Positions 62,340 through 64,000 of a stretch of DNA of 64,000 nucleotides are shown here, piece after piece (the stretch's first letter is position 1; the number at the start of each line of letters is the position of its first letter). The notes below the pieces were generated by a model. The model was not told the DNA's origin and did no database searches. It worked only from the letters and a program-made list of their open reading frames with translations. The position numbers and the translations under genes are program-made. The DNA comes from the human T2T-CHM13v2.0 reference genome, Homo sapiens: assembly GCF_009914755.1 (NCBI RefSeq), contig NC_060933.1; one strand, given 5' to 3'.

Positions 62340-63830
62340 ACAAATTTTTCTGAAGGAATGCCTGCATAATACCCCCTAGGTCAAGAAATAACACTGCTAG
62401 CATTTTGGGAGGTCTTGCATGATTTTTTGCAATTAAAATTACTTTCCTCCTCACTGGATACAACCACTGTTTTAGTAGCCATAGTAAATAAGTGCTTTCT
62501 AGTTTTGTTTCTTTTTTTTAGTATAGTTTTACCAGTTATGCATTTTGCAACATTAAAATTTTGTATTTCCTTTTTCAAAAATCTTTATGTAGATTCATAT
62601 GTACTCATCTCTAGCTTTATTCAAATTTTACTTGAAGTTTTATCATTTTTGTATGTTATGTAGTTTTTCAATGCTTGATAAATATATTAGTTTATTCTTT
62701 CTATTGTTTGAAGATGTTTTTATTGTTTCCAGTGTTTTGTTATAATAAATAAGGCTTCTAAAAATATTCTTATCCATGTTCATATGCAAGCATTTCTGGA
62801 GTAAAGAGGTAGGACTGGGTCAATGGATGTATGTTTCATGTTAGCAGATATTGCAGCACCATTTCCTAAAGTTCTTTTTTTACCAATTTCAACTCCCCAC
62901 AGATGTGCATGAGGATTTTCATTGATCTACATTCTCAATAAATCTTGCTATTGTGTCATTTTTACTAGCCCCATTCTTTTGGCTGTGTAGTGGCATTTAA
63001 TTTATATTTAATTTTTTAATCCGATAAATAAGCATTTGAATGTCTATTAACATGCATATAGATATTTAAAAATCCTCATTTGAGAAGATCCTGTACAAGC
63101 CTTTATCCCTTTTTCATTGGCCTTTCTGTCTTTTTATTTGTGGGGATTCATTTTATGTGATCTGGCTACAAGTATTGCTTGATACAGGCATTGCAGACGT
63201 CTTCTCACACTGTTTGGGTTGAATTTCACCATCTTAATGGTACGTTTTAATTAATACCAGGTCTAAATAGAGGTTAACATATCAAACACCAATCCACATA
63301 GTATTCCGTTTAAGAAAAGTTCACTGATTGTGAATAGGTAAGTTTTCATGTAAAAGCGTCATTGTTTTTCTGCTCTTTTTTAAATCCATGATACATCTAT
63401 AATTGAGTTTTGTATATGATACTAATCAAGGGACATTATTCCCTATAAAAATGAGGGTATCCAATTTAACTAAAACCATTTATTGAAAATGTAATTTTCA
63501 TCTTTTTGGGCTGAAGACATTAATCAAAAGACTGCTTATATATGTTCCATTGGTTATTGTCTGTTCTTAGAACAAATAACACAACCTCTAAATCATGACA
63601 TGGATTTTGATACTTAATTCTGTAATTTCTCCAGCTTTGTGTTTCTTCCACAAGTTTTCCTTGACCATTCTGGACTTTTGATTGGCATGTATACTTTAGA
63701 ATGAGGTTGCAAATTTACACAAATGAACAAATTTTATAGGATTTTATAATTTCATTAAGTGTATAGACCAGATGTATAACAGAGTTTTTAAATATTTGAA
63801 CATTTTTCAATTCAAGAAAATTTACTTAGG
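62340..63830 (-). mobile_element. Old L1M (L1MC/ME-like) 3' portion
   Basis: ttgtttccagtgttttgttataataaataagg...taccaatttcaactccccac...atccaatttaactaaaaccatttattgaaaa corresponds to antisense ORF2 end and 3'UTR. Confidence 0.7.
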
Positions 63831-63839
63831 CTTATAAAA

Positions 63840-64000
63840 ACAATTATATAATTACATTTAGTATTTATAATTGTAGAATTTAACTTCCTCAGATTAATAA
63901 AGAATATCTAAGATGAGGAACACAGCAAGGATGTTCACTCTCACTACTCCTATTCAACATCATACTGGAAGGCATAGCTAATACGATTAGACAAAAAAAA
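63840..64000 (+). mobile_element. L1 ORF2 RT fragment (runs off the window)
   Basis: caaggatgttcactctcactactcctattcaacatcatactggaagg translates as QGCSLSLLLFNIILE. Confidence 0.8.

Overview
AT-rich primate (human/ape-like, from AluY and L1PA5 content) non-genic or deep-intronic DNA. By rough tally about half is recognisable interspersed repeat. The main elements are: a near full-length but dead L1PA5-type LINE-1 (2563-8720, +); a truncated HERV-L provirus (MLT2A-type 5' LTR, PBS and gag remnant, 26299-27775, -); a ~12 kb block of older plus-strand L1MA/L1MB elements (37575-49163); many 5'-truncated L1 3' ends; nine Alus; MaLR/ERVL solo LTRs; a Tigger3-type DNA transposon; HAL1, L2 and MIR relics; and several microsatellites. 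I recognise no known protein-coding gene, tRNA, rRNA or CRISPR array, and most ORFs in the track are repeat-derived or low-complexity. The best leads for something undescribed are: (i) well-formed minus-strand exon candidates, two of which (30603-30517, 29536-29451) splice in frame into a small ORF with a signal-peptide-like N-terminus; (ii) an intact-looking DUX4-motif/TATA/splice-donor cassette in the MLT2A LTR pointing the same way; (iii) several long palindromes and template-switch scars. Repeat subfamily names come from recalled consensus diagnostics, and boundaries of old repeats are approximate. None of the transcript candidates can be confirmed from sequence alone.
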